The position numbers and the translations under genes were made by a program. The notes under the pieces were generated by a model. The model searched no databases. It saw only the letters and a program-made list of their open reading frames with translations, and had not been told where the DNA came from. A stretch of DNA of 33,420 bases, from positions 1 to 33,420 of IMG/VR virus record IMGVR_UViG_3300014775_000389. One strand, written 5' to 3'. This document shows positions 8,977-18,776 of the stretch, piece after piece; within the stretch, counting starts at the first letter, position 1, and each line of letters begins with the position of its first letter. The DNA comes from a virus (Duplodnaviria; Caudoviricetes).

Positions 8977-11900
8977 TATACGTCTATTGTTACACCATCT
9001 AAGGTATTGGAAATTAAAGTTGGAGCAAACCAATCCAACTTGTATCTGTAGGTTAATCTAGAGCCACCATTTGTACCCATTATAGCCGAGGTTAAAGACT
9101 CGTCACGAGAGGCATCGTTCCTTGTTAATTGGTTGTAATACAAGAAGATATCTACTAAGTCCTGCTTGGACAATTCGGTTCGTACCTCAGCGTCCTTATA
9201 GTTTTGAGCTTTAAACCAAACTAATGGATAAGTTCTTGTGCCAGCAACATACCTCTCAGTCATTCTCTTCAACGTAAGGTTTTGCATAACAACCTCATCA
9301 AAGACTAAGAAGCTATCAATATTTCTAGGACTTGGAACTAAGAACAACTCTACAACGTATTCTTGATTTGTCCTGTGCAGATCTCCTATGTTTACCTTAT
9401 AATCAACCGGCTCTATAAGCTTAAGATTATTTGTGTTGAATCTTACGTTAAAGTTTAAGAAGTCGTCTTTCGCATACTTAGTAACGGGTAACGGAACTTC
9501 CCCAGCAACAACATCTAAACATTGAAAATTGTTTGTAAGGTTTTTAGTTACGGAAGGGTAGTTGAATATATGAGAATACTTTTGTATGGTGTCCGACCTA
9601 GTAGGCAAGGCCGTGTGTTGGACCCACTTACCATCTGGAGTATACGACCACATCTTACTGTCTTCGGGCTTAGTGTGAATCCAGATGCCAACAGACCTTC
9701 CTCCTAACTTCCGACCTGTTTTATCCCCAATAAGAGCATTTAAATTTATTTCATACTCACAATCAGGAAGTAAGAAGTTAGTGTTCAATGGATATTCAGA
9801 CCCTACATCCCACTTAGAAATATCCATCCTAACTCTAGGAAGGTTCTTTCTATTACCTTTAATCATGATAAAGGTTCTATTGTACATGTAGGGATCATCT
9901 TCGGGCTTTTTCTTATCTCTCGAAATCTTAAAGACAGATAATGAGCTATCGTCTGGGTCGTCAAAGTCGTTTGCGCTAGTATGAATAAGCTCAACACCCT
10001 TCACTAGTGAAGAGAAAACAAGCTCAGTCTGCTCCAGATACATGTCATTAGGTCCACTAGCGACGTAAGACGAAGCAGTAGTAAATGGTGAAATTCCAGC
10101 CTTTAACTCTTTTACGCTGTTAAGAGAACTGGTTATAATGCTGCTTATCAGATTGTTCTCAAAAAGAAGATCAAAGTCGTGATTGTATAGCAAAGGTCCA
10201 AATGCATGGGATACAATGTTAGGACCATCTAAAGTTATATGTTTTGGAGACAGTTGGTGTTGCTGATAATCTTCTACATATATCCTGTGTAACTTCTGGA
10301 GGTCTCTACCAAACTCAAAGTTATAATAATCATCAGCAGTCTGAGGGAACGTGTATCCAGAAACATTTGAATTCTTGTAGGAGTTAGCACCTCCAATCCA
10401 AGTCCATTCAGGTAATAAATTAAGCTGATCTCTTAAATCCAGTAATTGCAAGAGAAGCTCTAAAGTTAGTGTAGTGCCTTCAATCCTCTTGATCTCACGC
10501 TCAATGTTAGTAGGACCGTGATCGTGATAGTATTGAGCTAAATGATCTCGTTCCATTATCCTGTGCATCGCTGCGTAAACCTCAGGTAATTTACCTCTAT
10601 CATTAAAGACACTAGAGAGGTAGAAAGCCTTACCCCGTGCAGGCATAGTGTCACTTACCGCATAGTTATTATAAGAGTTTTTAGAGCCTAAATCCTCACA
10701 CTGATCCCATACGTCTGGAAGGTTAACATGACTGCTTACTGGAACATAGGTTCCTTTTGTCGGAATATAACCTAAAGGTAATCCACTTAAGCTATCATCG
10801 TTCTCAAACGGAACGGGCATGTTAAATCCAGTTCTATCGTAATACCCATTGAAAGGCATAACGTTTTGGTAGCTTCTTCTTCTAACCGATCTTCTAGGTA
10901 TGTTACCCAAGTAAGTCGCTCCCGACAATCTGGTAGCTACGTTTGTCTTTGTATCATCTCTGGTTAGAATGGTTCCACCTGTGTTAACATCTCTCTTGTA
11001 TGAGTTTATGTTTAAGCCCGACATGAAGTAATTATCATTTGCAGCAACTTCAGACTCAACGAAGTTGAACATTATCAACGGCAAGTAGTAAGGATCGTCT
11101 GCCGGAAGCACTCCATCTGTATCAGATATTTGAAGAGAAATTAGAGGTATAGAGTGAGCAGGTGCGAACTTCCGAGTCATTTGAGCGGCTATCTCTACTG
11201 CATTTCCTGTGTCGGGAGTTATTAATCCTTGTCTAGTGAAGTCGTATGCACTAGCGTTGACGGCTAGCTTGAAGTGCGAAGACTTGCCAGACCACATGGA
11301 GAGATAATCAACCTTCTTACTGTTTGATTGTGTTATCATCTCATCGAAGTTAGAGGGTTCATTATATCCAGACGTAAACAATAACCATGAGCCATCTCTA
11401 GGTTCATCATTAGAGTCTAGACCATACTCCGTCATATACCCACTTACATCAACCGCAAACTTATCACGAACTCCGAAACAGACAAGCCTGTCTGCAATGA
11501 AGTCGATCATCTTCTTATTGAGTTCCACATTAACGTAGTAAGGATACTCTTCAAACGGAGGAAGCTCGTGAATCTCTCCTCTATATTCAAACCCGTCTTC
11601 TATGTTTGGAATGTTGAAGCTACCAGAGAACTGCTGATAGGTTTCGTATATAATTCTATCTGTAGCTCGACGCAAGTTATCTTCCATGCTAGAGGCAGAG
11701 TAGCCTTTAACATTCATTGACAATGCGAGAGCAGGAGTCCATGTTGTAAAGTCCTCAAAGTATTTCGATTCTGTGGCAAGAGCATAGAAAATTAAATAAG
11801 GAACATAAGACTCCCACAGTTCAACGATGCTGGATTGGATAGGGAATCGGTCTTTAGGGAATATTGTATTTACAGCAAATTGAATAGACTTCTTTGTGCC

Positions 11901-12932
11901 GACAGCCTTGTAAATCTGAACAGCATTTCTAAGCTGTAGTCTCCACCTCATTGGGTCTGTGCCAAATAAATCCCATCCGATTAGTTTAGCCAATAATGGA
12001 AGATACTCATCAGGACAATCCTCTAGGTCATAGATTGTCGTTAACTGCTCTGACAGATCATCAATATCGTAAGCCAAGAAAGACAGTGCTTTTAAGAATC
12101 TCGCGAAAGGACCATCCTCAATCTTTCTAGTAGTTGTTATTGAACTATCTAAAAACGTATCAAACTTATCTCTCACTCTAAAGTCTGAGTTATCAGAGAA
12201 TAAAGGAGAGTAGATAATATCAATCCACGTTTTAAGGTTGTCTAACTGCTGAGTCCCACTTAGGTCTGATCTTGAACCACTCGCAAAGTATGCCGAAGGG
12301 TAATACTGAGTCAACCCGTCTTTCCATACATACTCCATGAGTCCCTTGATACCGTCAGCAGTGCTAATGTCCTCACCTTTATAAAGCTTATTAACTATAA
12401 CATCAGACACATAGCTAGAAGGATCGTAAGTACTTCCGCTAGTATTTAAGAAATACAGCCAGGATAAATTATTAATTAAGTAATTGTGACTGTTTGAAGT
12501 ATCAGTAGAACTAAATCCACTAGGATTGTTTAACTTTATAGCTGGTAAAAGATCTTCATCCACGTAACTACTGAAGCTCTCCACCGTCTCGTAATCACTG
12601 AAACTTTTACCAAGAGGGTAAAGAATATTATCCTCAAACTCTTGAGTTGTTATGTCCGTTATTTTGTTTTGCTTAACAAAGAAAGGAGCAATGCCAGAGA
12701 CATTATCTAAATTCTCCGAGGCTGTGTCGTCAATAGCACTAACATAAATAACACTAGAAAAGTTATTAGCTAAGTTAATGTTAGAGTTTATGATTACATC
12801 GACAAGATCATCCCCTTTAGGAGTGTGATCAATATCGTCCTCATACATATATCCAGGGACGATATATTTGAAGGCATCAAAGTAATTATACTTGTGATAA
12901 TTTCTATTACGTAAGTAGCTCTTTCCAGACAT
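8976..12932 (-). CDS. Large baseplate wedge protein, T4 gp7/P2 gpI-like domain with long extensions (1318 aa)
   Basis: Motif DLEDCPDEYLPLLAKLIGWDL...WRLQLRNAVQIYKAVGTKKSI and a later APAH motif are characteristic of gpI/gp7-like wedge proteins. It follows gp6, and the ATG at 12932 overlaps the upstream TGA. Confidence 0.75.
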   Translation of the reverse strand: MSGKSYLRNRNYHKYNYFDAFKYIVPGYMYEDDIDHTPKGDDLVDVIINSNINLANNFSSVIYVSAIDDTASENLDNVSGIAPFFVKQNKITDITTQEFEDNILYPLGKSFSDYETVESFSSYVDEDLLPAIKLNNPSGFSSTDTSNSHNYLINNLSWLYFLNTSGSTYDPSSYVSDVIVNKLYKGEDISTADGIKGLMEYVWKDGLTQYYPSAYFASGSRSDLSGTQQLDNLKTWIDIIYSPLFSDNSDFRVRDKFDTFLDSSITTTRKIEDGPFARFLKALSFLAYDIDDLSEQLTTIYDLEDCPDEYLPLLAKLIGWDLFGTDPMRWRLQLRNAVQIYKAVGTKKSIQFAVNTIFPKDRFPIQSSIVELWESYVPYLIFYALATESKYFEDFTTWTPALALSMNVKGYSASSMEDNLRRATDRIIYETYQQFSGSFNIPNIEDGFEYRGEIHELPPFEEYPYYVNVELNKKMIDFIADRLVCFGVRDKFAVDVSGYMTEYGLDSNDEPRDGSWLLFTSGYNEPSNFDEMITQSNSKKVDYLSMWSGKSSHFKLAVNASAYDFTRQGLITPDTGNAVEIAAQMTRKFAPAHSIPLISLQISDTDGVLPADDPYYLPLIMFNFVESEVAANDNYFMSGLNINSYKRDVNTGGTILTRDDTKTNVATRLSGATYLGNIPRRSVRRRSYQNVMPFNGYYDRTGFNMPVPFENDDSLSGLPLGYIPTKGTYVPVSSHVNLPDVWDQCEDLGSKNSYNNYAVSDTMPARGKAFYLSSVFNDRGKLPEVYAAMHRIMERDHLAQYYHDHGPTNIEREIKRIEGTTLTLELLLQLLDLRDQLNLLPEWTWIGGANSYKNSNVSGYTFPQTADDYYNFEFGRDLQKLHRIYVEDYQQHQLSPKHITLDGPNIVSHAFGPLLYNHDFDLLFENNLISSIITSSLNSVKELKAGISPFTTASSYVASGPNDMYLEQTELVFSSLVKGVELIHTSANDFDDPDDSSLSVFKISRDKKKPEDDPYMYNRTFIMIKGNRKNLPRVRMDISKWDVGSEYPLNTNFLLPDCEYEINLNALIGDKTGRKLGGRSVGIWIHTKPEDSKMWSYTPDGKWVQHTALPTRSDTIQKYSHIFNYPSVTKNLTNNFQCLDVVAGEVPLPVTKYAKDDFLNFNVRFNTNNLKLIEPVDYKVNIGDLHRTNQEYVVELFLVPSPRNIDSFLVFDEVVMQNLTLKRMTERYVAGTRTYPLVWFKAQNYKDAEVRTELSKQDLVDIFLYYNQLTRNDASRDESLTSAIMGTNGGSRLTYRYKLDWFAPTLISNTLDGVTIDV

Positions 12933-14539
12933 CACACAAAGGAAACAGTTATGTTAAGGTTATTGAGTTGAATGACTTCATTAAACCCAACAGATATAGG
13001 AGATTCAACATTATCCACACGCGCATAACGTATGTTTGTTTCGTTATCTAATATGTATCTAATAAGATCTTGAGGAACAAAAGGCTCACCAAAATCTGTA
13101 TTGTCCACATTGAAGTATTCCTGAGTCAACGCTCTAGCAGACTGAATGATTTGATTCTGCCCAGACTTAAAGTTAGAGTCGAGGGTAAGGACTAAGAACA
13201 AATCCATAGTTCTAATCAAGCCATCAACGACCACCACCTCATCTGTTAACATCTTCTTGGGAGTGATTGACTCTAGAAGTTGTTTCTTGTATTCCTGAGT
13301 AGCTCTTCTAAGCTGTGTATCAGAAGCTTTCTCAAGAACAAAGAGATCAATAATGTTAGCCGAGGAATAGGCTCTCCTTACAACAGCAGCGGCCTTTCCA
13401 GTTGATCCATAGTTAGACGCGAACCTATTAGCATGTCCCTTGTAGTCTTCCAAAGTGACCAACCTGTCCTGACTGCGGAAGAAGAGAGGACCGTATCGTT
13501 TAGCACTCTCAACAGTCTCAGCGTTCCTCCCGCCTGTTCCTATGCTTGTGTTCTCTAAGGTGCCCTGTATTGAAGAAGTGCCTCCCCCTATACCATTAAG
13601 AGTTATATCAATAGGTGCATTGATAAAGCTTTTTGCAATATTGCCTCTTTCTCCACCCCCGATACGATACAATACTCTGTAAGCGTCTCCAATCGCTGGG
13701 GATCGTCCGACACTATTATCTCCGAATAACAATGATGCTCTGAAGTTCTCATCAGTTGTCACTTGGAAGACCTTGTCAGTGCCCCCAGAAGCAAAGTAAA
13801 TATTATCCTCTTCTGTGTAGCCTCCCTCTGTCTCTAAAGATCCTGCAATATACACTTGAGCACTTTTTTCAATATAAGGAGCCTGGGCTAAAGAGATCTC
13901 TTGAACTCTATCCGCAGATCTAAATGTTCCCGTTTCCTGCACAAGAGCACCTTCCTGCAAGACTAAGCCAGAAGCCACAGAAGCTCCCGCTAACGCAGCT
14001 ATTTCTACAGTAAGATCAGCAGTATCTTCACCTAAATCATCAATTAAGCCATTACTATTCATCTTGTACAAAGTGTAGGTCAATGCACCTCCATCTTCAG
14101 GAGAATTGATAGAAATGGATCTATTAGCTGCCGCAATAGTAATAGAAGATGCAGTATCAGATTCAACCGGCACTTCTATCTGAGCATTAGCAGCAGCGGA
14201 GATAGGGCCTTTCATCCTTACACCGATAAGCTCTAACATTCTCTTAACGCTGTCCCTACTCCTAGCAGTGCTCAAGAAGTTTTCATTAGCGAGGTAATCA
14301 GCTTTACTAGATTGAATGTGTCCAACCGCAGCCATTAACTCAATCATCATAACACCAAAATCCGAAGACTCAAAGTTATTGTAATCTAATGGGAAGGTTG
14401 CCTTCACATAGTTTATGAGTGCCTCTCTATAACTGGCGAAGTCGCCAGCGGCAAAGTCTATAAGCTTGGCTTTATTATCTAACTCAGTGGGTAGATACTT
14501 TAAGTAATCTGATTGAACTGTACCGGAAAAGGAAACCAT
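12932..14539 (-). CDS. gp6: Baseplate wedge subunit, T4 gp6/P2 gpJ-like (535 aa)
   Basis: DFASYREALINY...YNNFESSDFG...ENFLSTAR, FGDNSVGRSP, Y-x-IGGG-x-GN, GG...ET-x-E and QDRLVTLEDY motifs. Confidence 0.9.
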   Translation of the reverse strand: MVSFSGTVQSDYLKYLPTELDNKAKLIDFAAGDFASYREALINYVKATFPLDYNNFESSDFGVMMIELMAAVGHIQSSKADYLANENFLSTARSRDSVKRMLELIGVRMKGPISAAANAQIEVPVESDTASSITIAAANRSISINSPEDGGALTYTLYKMNSNGLIDDLGEDTADLTVEIAALAGASVASGLVLQEGALVQETGTFRSADRVQEISLAQAPYIEKSAQVYIAGSLETEGGYTEEDNIYFASGGTDKVFQVTTDENFRASLLFGDNSVGRSPAIGDAYRVLYRIGGGERGNIAKSFINAPIDITLNGIGGGTSSIQGTLENTSIGTGGRNAETVESAKRYGPLFFRSQDRLVTLEDYKGHANRFASNYGSTGKAAAVVRRAYSSANIIDLFVLEKASDTQLRRATQEYKKQLLESITPKKMLTDEVVVVDGLIRTMDLFLVLTLDSNFKSGQNQIIQSARALTQEYFNVDNTDFGEPFVPQDLIRYILDNETNIRYARVDNVESPISVGFNEVIQLNNLNITVSFV

Positions 14540-14985
14540 TAGACTCTGACTCCAACTCTAAAGTAAGGTATTAGAGCATTATCATAACCACAATATAGGG
14601 AAATATCGAGACCTGTCTCTCCGTCTCTGAAGACTTGAATTTTACCTATAGAAACTTTCTTTAAGTATTTACGGATACTTGTCACTACATCATCTTTTAT
14701 TGCTAAAAAAGTTCCTTCGTCTAAAGGCTCAAACAAGAAGTTCCTAACATTACAACCATAGTCAGGAAGCATAAATCTCTCACCCTTCACTGTTCTAATG
14801 ACATCACGAAGACCCGAGTTCACAAGCTTAGCATTGACTGATCTGGAGAAGTATCCACGTTCAGGATTCTTAGCTATAGGGTAAGACATCCCAATCAACT
14901 CAGCGTCCTTAATATCAATGGTCTTAGCAATGATAGGAGCGGGAGCTTTTTTTCCATAAACATCTACTCTATTTGAAACTGGCAT
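14539..14985 (-). CDS. gp25: Baseplate wedge subunit, gp25/gpW-like (148 aa)
   Basis: T-x-KGERFMLPDYGC-x(4)-LFEP signature; adjacent to gp6. Confidence 0.92.
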   Translation of the reverse strand: MPVSNRVDVYGKKAPAPIIAKTIDIKDAELIGMSYPIAKNPERGYFSRSVNAKLVNSGLRDVIRTVKGERFMLPDYGCNVRNFLFEPLDEGTFLAIKDDVVTSIRKYLKKVSIGKIQVFRDGETGLDISLYCGYDNALIPYFRVGVRV

Positions 14986-17543
14986 TAGAATAATTTAACA
15001 TACTTAAAGAAGTTTTTGTTTGCATTGTAGTTCCGTAAGACTTCAGAACTAGACAATGGTTTAGAATAGAATTTCACACCTCCAATTTTTCCTTGGAAGG
15101 CACTTGTCTCTCCACCGTTAGCCGTTCCCATGAATCCATTTGTGGCTCCGTCAGTATAGCCTCCACCAAGCACCCAAGGCGTAAAGAAGGTATCGAGATT
15201 AGGACCTTCGCCTGCGGCATACTCAAAAGAGCTAGGCTGTTTAACAGAAGGGATGCTAGGAGTTGTTCTACCCTTGATACCAAAAGTATCATAGTAGCCG
15301 GAAGTGACAAGCAGCTTAGAATCTAAGTATACGCTAATCTCGTCCGTCTCTGGTTTAAAGGTGACAGCTAAGTGGCAAAACTTAGTTCCGCAGTCAGAGA
15401 AGGAAACAGTATCTATCACTGAAGTTACGGGAATCTTCAGCCCGTGCCAGTAAGTATTGTCTGCGTTACATGGCTCTTGATTAAGGAACCCAACACTGCT
15501 ATTATCATGAGACTGTGTGGGAGCAATCAAGAACATAGCATCAGAAGCAGGATTATCTGCGTCTGCATTGCTCGCAGCAGCACTTGCTGTGAATCTCCTG
15601 TCTCTGGTGAAGCCCATTACCATACCACGAACCACACCGTTACCTTCATTTAGAGCTAACTCCTCAATATCAGGTTGTGCAGAAACTCCATCAGCAATAC
15701 CCATGTTCTCATTAGCAAGAATTAGTCTAAATAAACCACTAGCATCTGTCTTATTGTAAGAGGAATTAGTCGTCAGTCCTGAAGCCTGGATCCAAGCTTC
15801 AAAGGTAGCTCCTTTCTGAGAGTATAGTAAGTCTTGGAACTCACTCTGTTCAGGTAATCTAATGTAGGAGCTACTATCTACTCCCTCAAGGAATGCAGTG
15901 CCTAAGCCATTTCTAAATAACGAAGATGCATCTCCGACAATTTTTGCGTTGTAATCAGTTCCGTTTTCAGAACTGTTGAACAATCCAAACTTAGTGCTAT
16001 TGGCGTCAACCTCTTTGACCGAAAGAATATTGTATAACGCAATCAGTTGATCCTCTACAACTGTTTCTGTTATAGAGATACGTGGAGCGGTTGAGGAAGG
16101 AGCTTCGTGGTCAATGATTGCACCCTTGGATATCCCAGCAAGAAGTAGGTGATCAATCACAACCGGATCAACAGATTCTATCTTTTGAGTGTACTTAACC
16201 TCTAGCGGTAACACAACTCCCTTTACATCATCCTGTGTAATGATAAGTTTACGTTGCTCTGATACATCCATTAAGAAGTTAGAACCTTCCATGTAAGAGA
16301 AGTCATTTACTGGTATTTCACCAGGACCAAACACAGGGCCTGCTCCATAAATTGCTGGGATCTTTACGGCTAGTTCTATTTGCTTCTTTCTCTTGTTCTC
16401 TTTCTGAGTGAAGAATGCAGACTCAGACATGAGAGTTTGACGCATGTTATCAATCAGGATCTGAGCGTCTCCGTTAGTTTCCATTTCTGAAATCTGAGAT
16501 GACACATCGAACACCTTTCTATTCTTCTGACCTTGAATGTTTTGGAGAACTTCGTCAGCAGCGTAGAACTTTTGAATGCCTTTAGAGTTATCAATCTTGG
16601 TCGGATCAAGTATGTTGTTGAAATAAAATTTGATGTTTTCAGAACTTATACTCTCACCACGACCGCCTAAGCTTGGATCAAAATCCAGCTTCCAATGCTT
16701 CTCTCTTTCTATAGCGTCTCGTCTAGTTGCCAACTCCACTAAGGCAGGGGAAAGGCCCTCTGAACTGTCGTAATACAGACCATCGACAGATAGGATGAAC
16801 TTGCCCTGTGTAGCCACCGGAGGGCCTGCTTGAAGCCTGAAAACACTCTCCACCTGCTCTGGGTCTGGGGGCAGCAATTCGGGCTCCAGATCAGGGTTTA
16901 GCTCTCTCTCCGCTAAGACCTCATCAATAACCATCAAAGCCTTAACGGTCTTGGCTTGATACTCTTGAGCGACTCTCAGTTGTTCTTGAGCAAAAGCGTT
17001 CTCACCTTGGACAGCATTTTGATAAACTTCAGGGTTGGTAAGCTCTCTTCTAGCACTACCCTCACCACCAGCATTTCCTAAGAAGTCTTGTAACTGTCCG
17101 AAACAATCTTTAATTCTGTCGATCTGATCTAAAGTATTTTGATAGTTTCTCCAGATCTGTCCCGCTGCATTCCCAAGAGAGTTCACTACACCCATGAATG
17201 CGCCGACAGACGCTAGGAATTCATTGCTGCTTAACTCAAGCCCAAACTTACTAATGTTACTAAAGAAACCAAAGTTACCATTTCTATCTGGGAAAATAGA
17301 GATACCAAGATTAACCTTTATCCACCTAGCTATCTTGTTGATTACAGCATCTGTCTTACGTTGAGCTTCCTCCATAGACCATCTAAGTGGGACAAGGACA
17401 TTGCTAGGAATTAATCTAGCAATGTCGGCGGTAATCTCAAAAAGACATTCGGGCACACCAAAAGCTAAACCAAGGTTAGTGATTGTAGAACCTTGATTAG
17501 CAGATTGTCTACTTAAAAATGAGTTTGCGTCAAAACTTGGCAT
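14985..17543 (-). CDS. Virion protein with helical N-terminal half and C-terminal LamG/concanavalin-A-like domain (852 aa)
   Basis: ATFEAWI...FCHLAVTF...ISVYLDS...FQGKIGGVKFYSKPLSSSEVLRNY is a LamG-like pattern. The gene lies between the spike and gp25. Confidence 0.7.
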   Translation of the reverse strand: MPSFDANSFLSRQSANQGSTITNLGLAFGVPECLFEITADIARLIPSNVLVPLRWSMEEAQRKTDAVINKIARWIKVNLGISIFPDRNGNFGFFSNISKFGLELSSNEFLASVGAFMGVVNSLGNAAGQIWRNYQNTLDQIDRIKDCFGQLQDFLGNAGGEGSARRELTNPEVYQNAVQGENAFAQEQLRVAQEYQAKTVKALMVIDEVLAERELNPDLEPELLPPDPEQVESVFRLQAGPPVATQGKFILSVDGLYYDSSEGLSPALVELATRRDAIEREKHWKLDFDPSLGGRGESISSENIKFYFNNILDPTKIDNSKGIQKFYAADEVLQNIQGQKNRKVFDVSSQISEMETNGDAQILIDNMRQTLMSESAFFTQKENKRKKQIELAVKIPAIYGAGPVFGPGEIPVNDFSYMEGSNFLMDVSEQRKLIITQDDVKGVVLPLEVKYTQKIESVDPVVIDHLLLAGISKGAIIDHEAPSSTAPRISITETVVEDQLIALYNILSVKEVDANSTKFGLFNSSENGTDYNAKIVGDASSLFRNGLGTAFLEGVDSSSYIRLPEQSEFQDLLYSQKGATFEAWIQASGLTTNSSYNKTDASGLFRLILANENMGIADGVSAQPDIEELALNEGNGVVRGMVMGFTRDRRFTASAAASNADADNPASDAMFLIAPTQSHDNSSVGFLNQEPCNADNTYWHGLKIPVTSVIDTVSFSDCGTKFCHLAVTFKPETDEISVYLDSKLLVTSGYYDTFGIKGRTTPSIPSVKQPSSFEYAAGEGPNLDTFFTPWVLGGGYTDGATNGFMGTANGGETSAFQGKIGGVKFYSKPLSSSEVLRNYNANKNFFKYVKLF

Positions 17544-17553
17544 GTCTAATTTC

Positions 17554-17560
17554 TATTTAG
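17554..17560 (-). promoter_or_regulatory. Candidate T4-type late promoter variant CTAAATA
   Basis: Lies in the only intergenic gap over 2 nt in the operon (22 nt), 10 nt before the ATG of the 852-aa gene; resembles TATAAATA. Confidence 0.4.
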
Positions 17561-17565
17561 TTTGA

Positions 17566-18774
17566 TTAGTCTGGGGCGTCTCCATAACTATTAGGCTCTA
17601 TCTCTATCGGTACCGCAGGAGATGGCGGGGTAGGGACCGGGGGCGCGACGGCATTCGGGGTGTAGAATACAGGGGCGGGTGGAATAGGTGCTGCTGGATA
17701 AGATATCGCAGGAGGTGCGGCTCCTACGATACTGACTGCTCCTGCATTGACAGAGAAGGTTCCGCTTCTGAAGTTTGCAGAGCCGCCGTCAACAGACATC
17801 CCTCCAGCACCCACAGACATAGTTGCGGCACCCGTAGTAGCAGTAAGAGTTCCATTTATAACAGTGTCACCATTCAAAGTAATATTAGGCGCAGTCATAT
17901 TAATACCCGTGCTACCTTGAACGTTCACGTTACCTTCATTGCTTTGTATAGAAATATCTCCTGTCTGCCCATTAATCTGTATCTGAGCTTTAGGTGTAAT
18001 AATGTTAATGTTCCTAGTTGCACTACCATTAGCCACTGCACCTGGAGCACCTGTCCTTAAAATGATGTCTTTGTTCTTACTGTGGATTCTGATATTACCT
18101 GCGGTTACGCCACCTCCTCCTAAATCAGATGTGTTGGCGAGATTGCAGATGTTGATATCGTCTCCTGCCTGCCCGACAGTCATGTTCAAAGAAGCGTTTG
18201 ATTCTTGAAACTGCGGTCCGTCTGTGGACATTGTTATGCTCCTAGAAGGGAACAGTCCATTAGGCTCACCTTGAACGACAATACCATCTAAGTGTTCGTT
18301 AACTACTTGACAGCCCTGTTCTCCAGCAGCAACATACCCTCCCGTCTCAGCGTCAAGAGATACGTGATTGATTCTACTTTCATTACTCAGATCACTAATA
18401 GTAGAGATACCTTGACCGTCAGAGTTTTGAAGAGCCATCTTAACTGGCTTATTATCTTTGTTGTAAGCTTTACCATCACCGCCTACTCTAATAGCTTCAA
18501 ACTCTGGTATTCTTTCATCTGAACTTAAAGGAGCATCATCCACAATAGAGCCGACATAGTAATACTCTGGACGATTATCCTGTGGGTCTAGATCCTCAAA
18601 TAGTAATACTTCTTGGTGGATTGTAGGAGGGGCAAATATACCCCCTTGGTTGGGGTTATAGCTCGGTGAACAGTAAGCTACTCTTGCTGCCTTACCATCC
18701 ACCTCAGCCCAAAAAGAACCGTCCTTATTAGGCGATATCTCAGATGCAACTACTCCTTTCTTTACTTTAAACAT
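17566..18774 (-). CDS. Baseplate central spike, gp5/gpV/VgrG-like (402 aa)
   Basis: N-terminal OB-fold-like GGIFAPPTIHQEVLLF...YYVGSI, then beta-strand repeats (QIQINGQTGDISIQSNEGNVNVQGSTGINMTAPNITLNG) and a Pro-rich C-terminal tail. Confidence 0.75.
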   Translation of the reverse strand: MFKVKKGVVASEISPNKDGSFWAEVDGKAARVAYCSPSYNPNQGGIFAPPTIHQEVLLFEDLDPQDNRPEYYYVGSIVDDAPLSSDERIPEFEAIRVGGDGKAYNKDNKPVKMALQNSDGQGISTISDLSNESRINHVSLDAETGGYVAAGEQGCQVVNEHLDGIVVQGEPNGLFPSRSITMSTDGPQFQESNASLNMTVGQAGDDINICNLANTSDLGGGGVTAGNIRIHSKNKDIILRTGAPGAVANGSATRNINIITPKAQIQINGQTGDISIQSNEGNVNVQGSTGINMTAPNITLNGDTVINGTLTATTGAATMSVGAGGMSVDGGSANFRSGTFSVNAGAVSIVGAAPPAISYPAAPIPPAPVFYTPNAVAPPVPTPPSPAVPIEIEPNSYGDAPD

Positions 18775-18776
18775 AA

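Noticed and set aside
8977-9033. 19-aa extension of the 353-aa ORF
   Set aside because: The TAATG-coupled ATG at 8976 matches the pattern of the operon.
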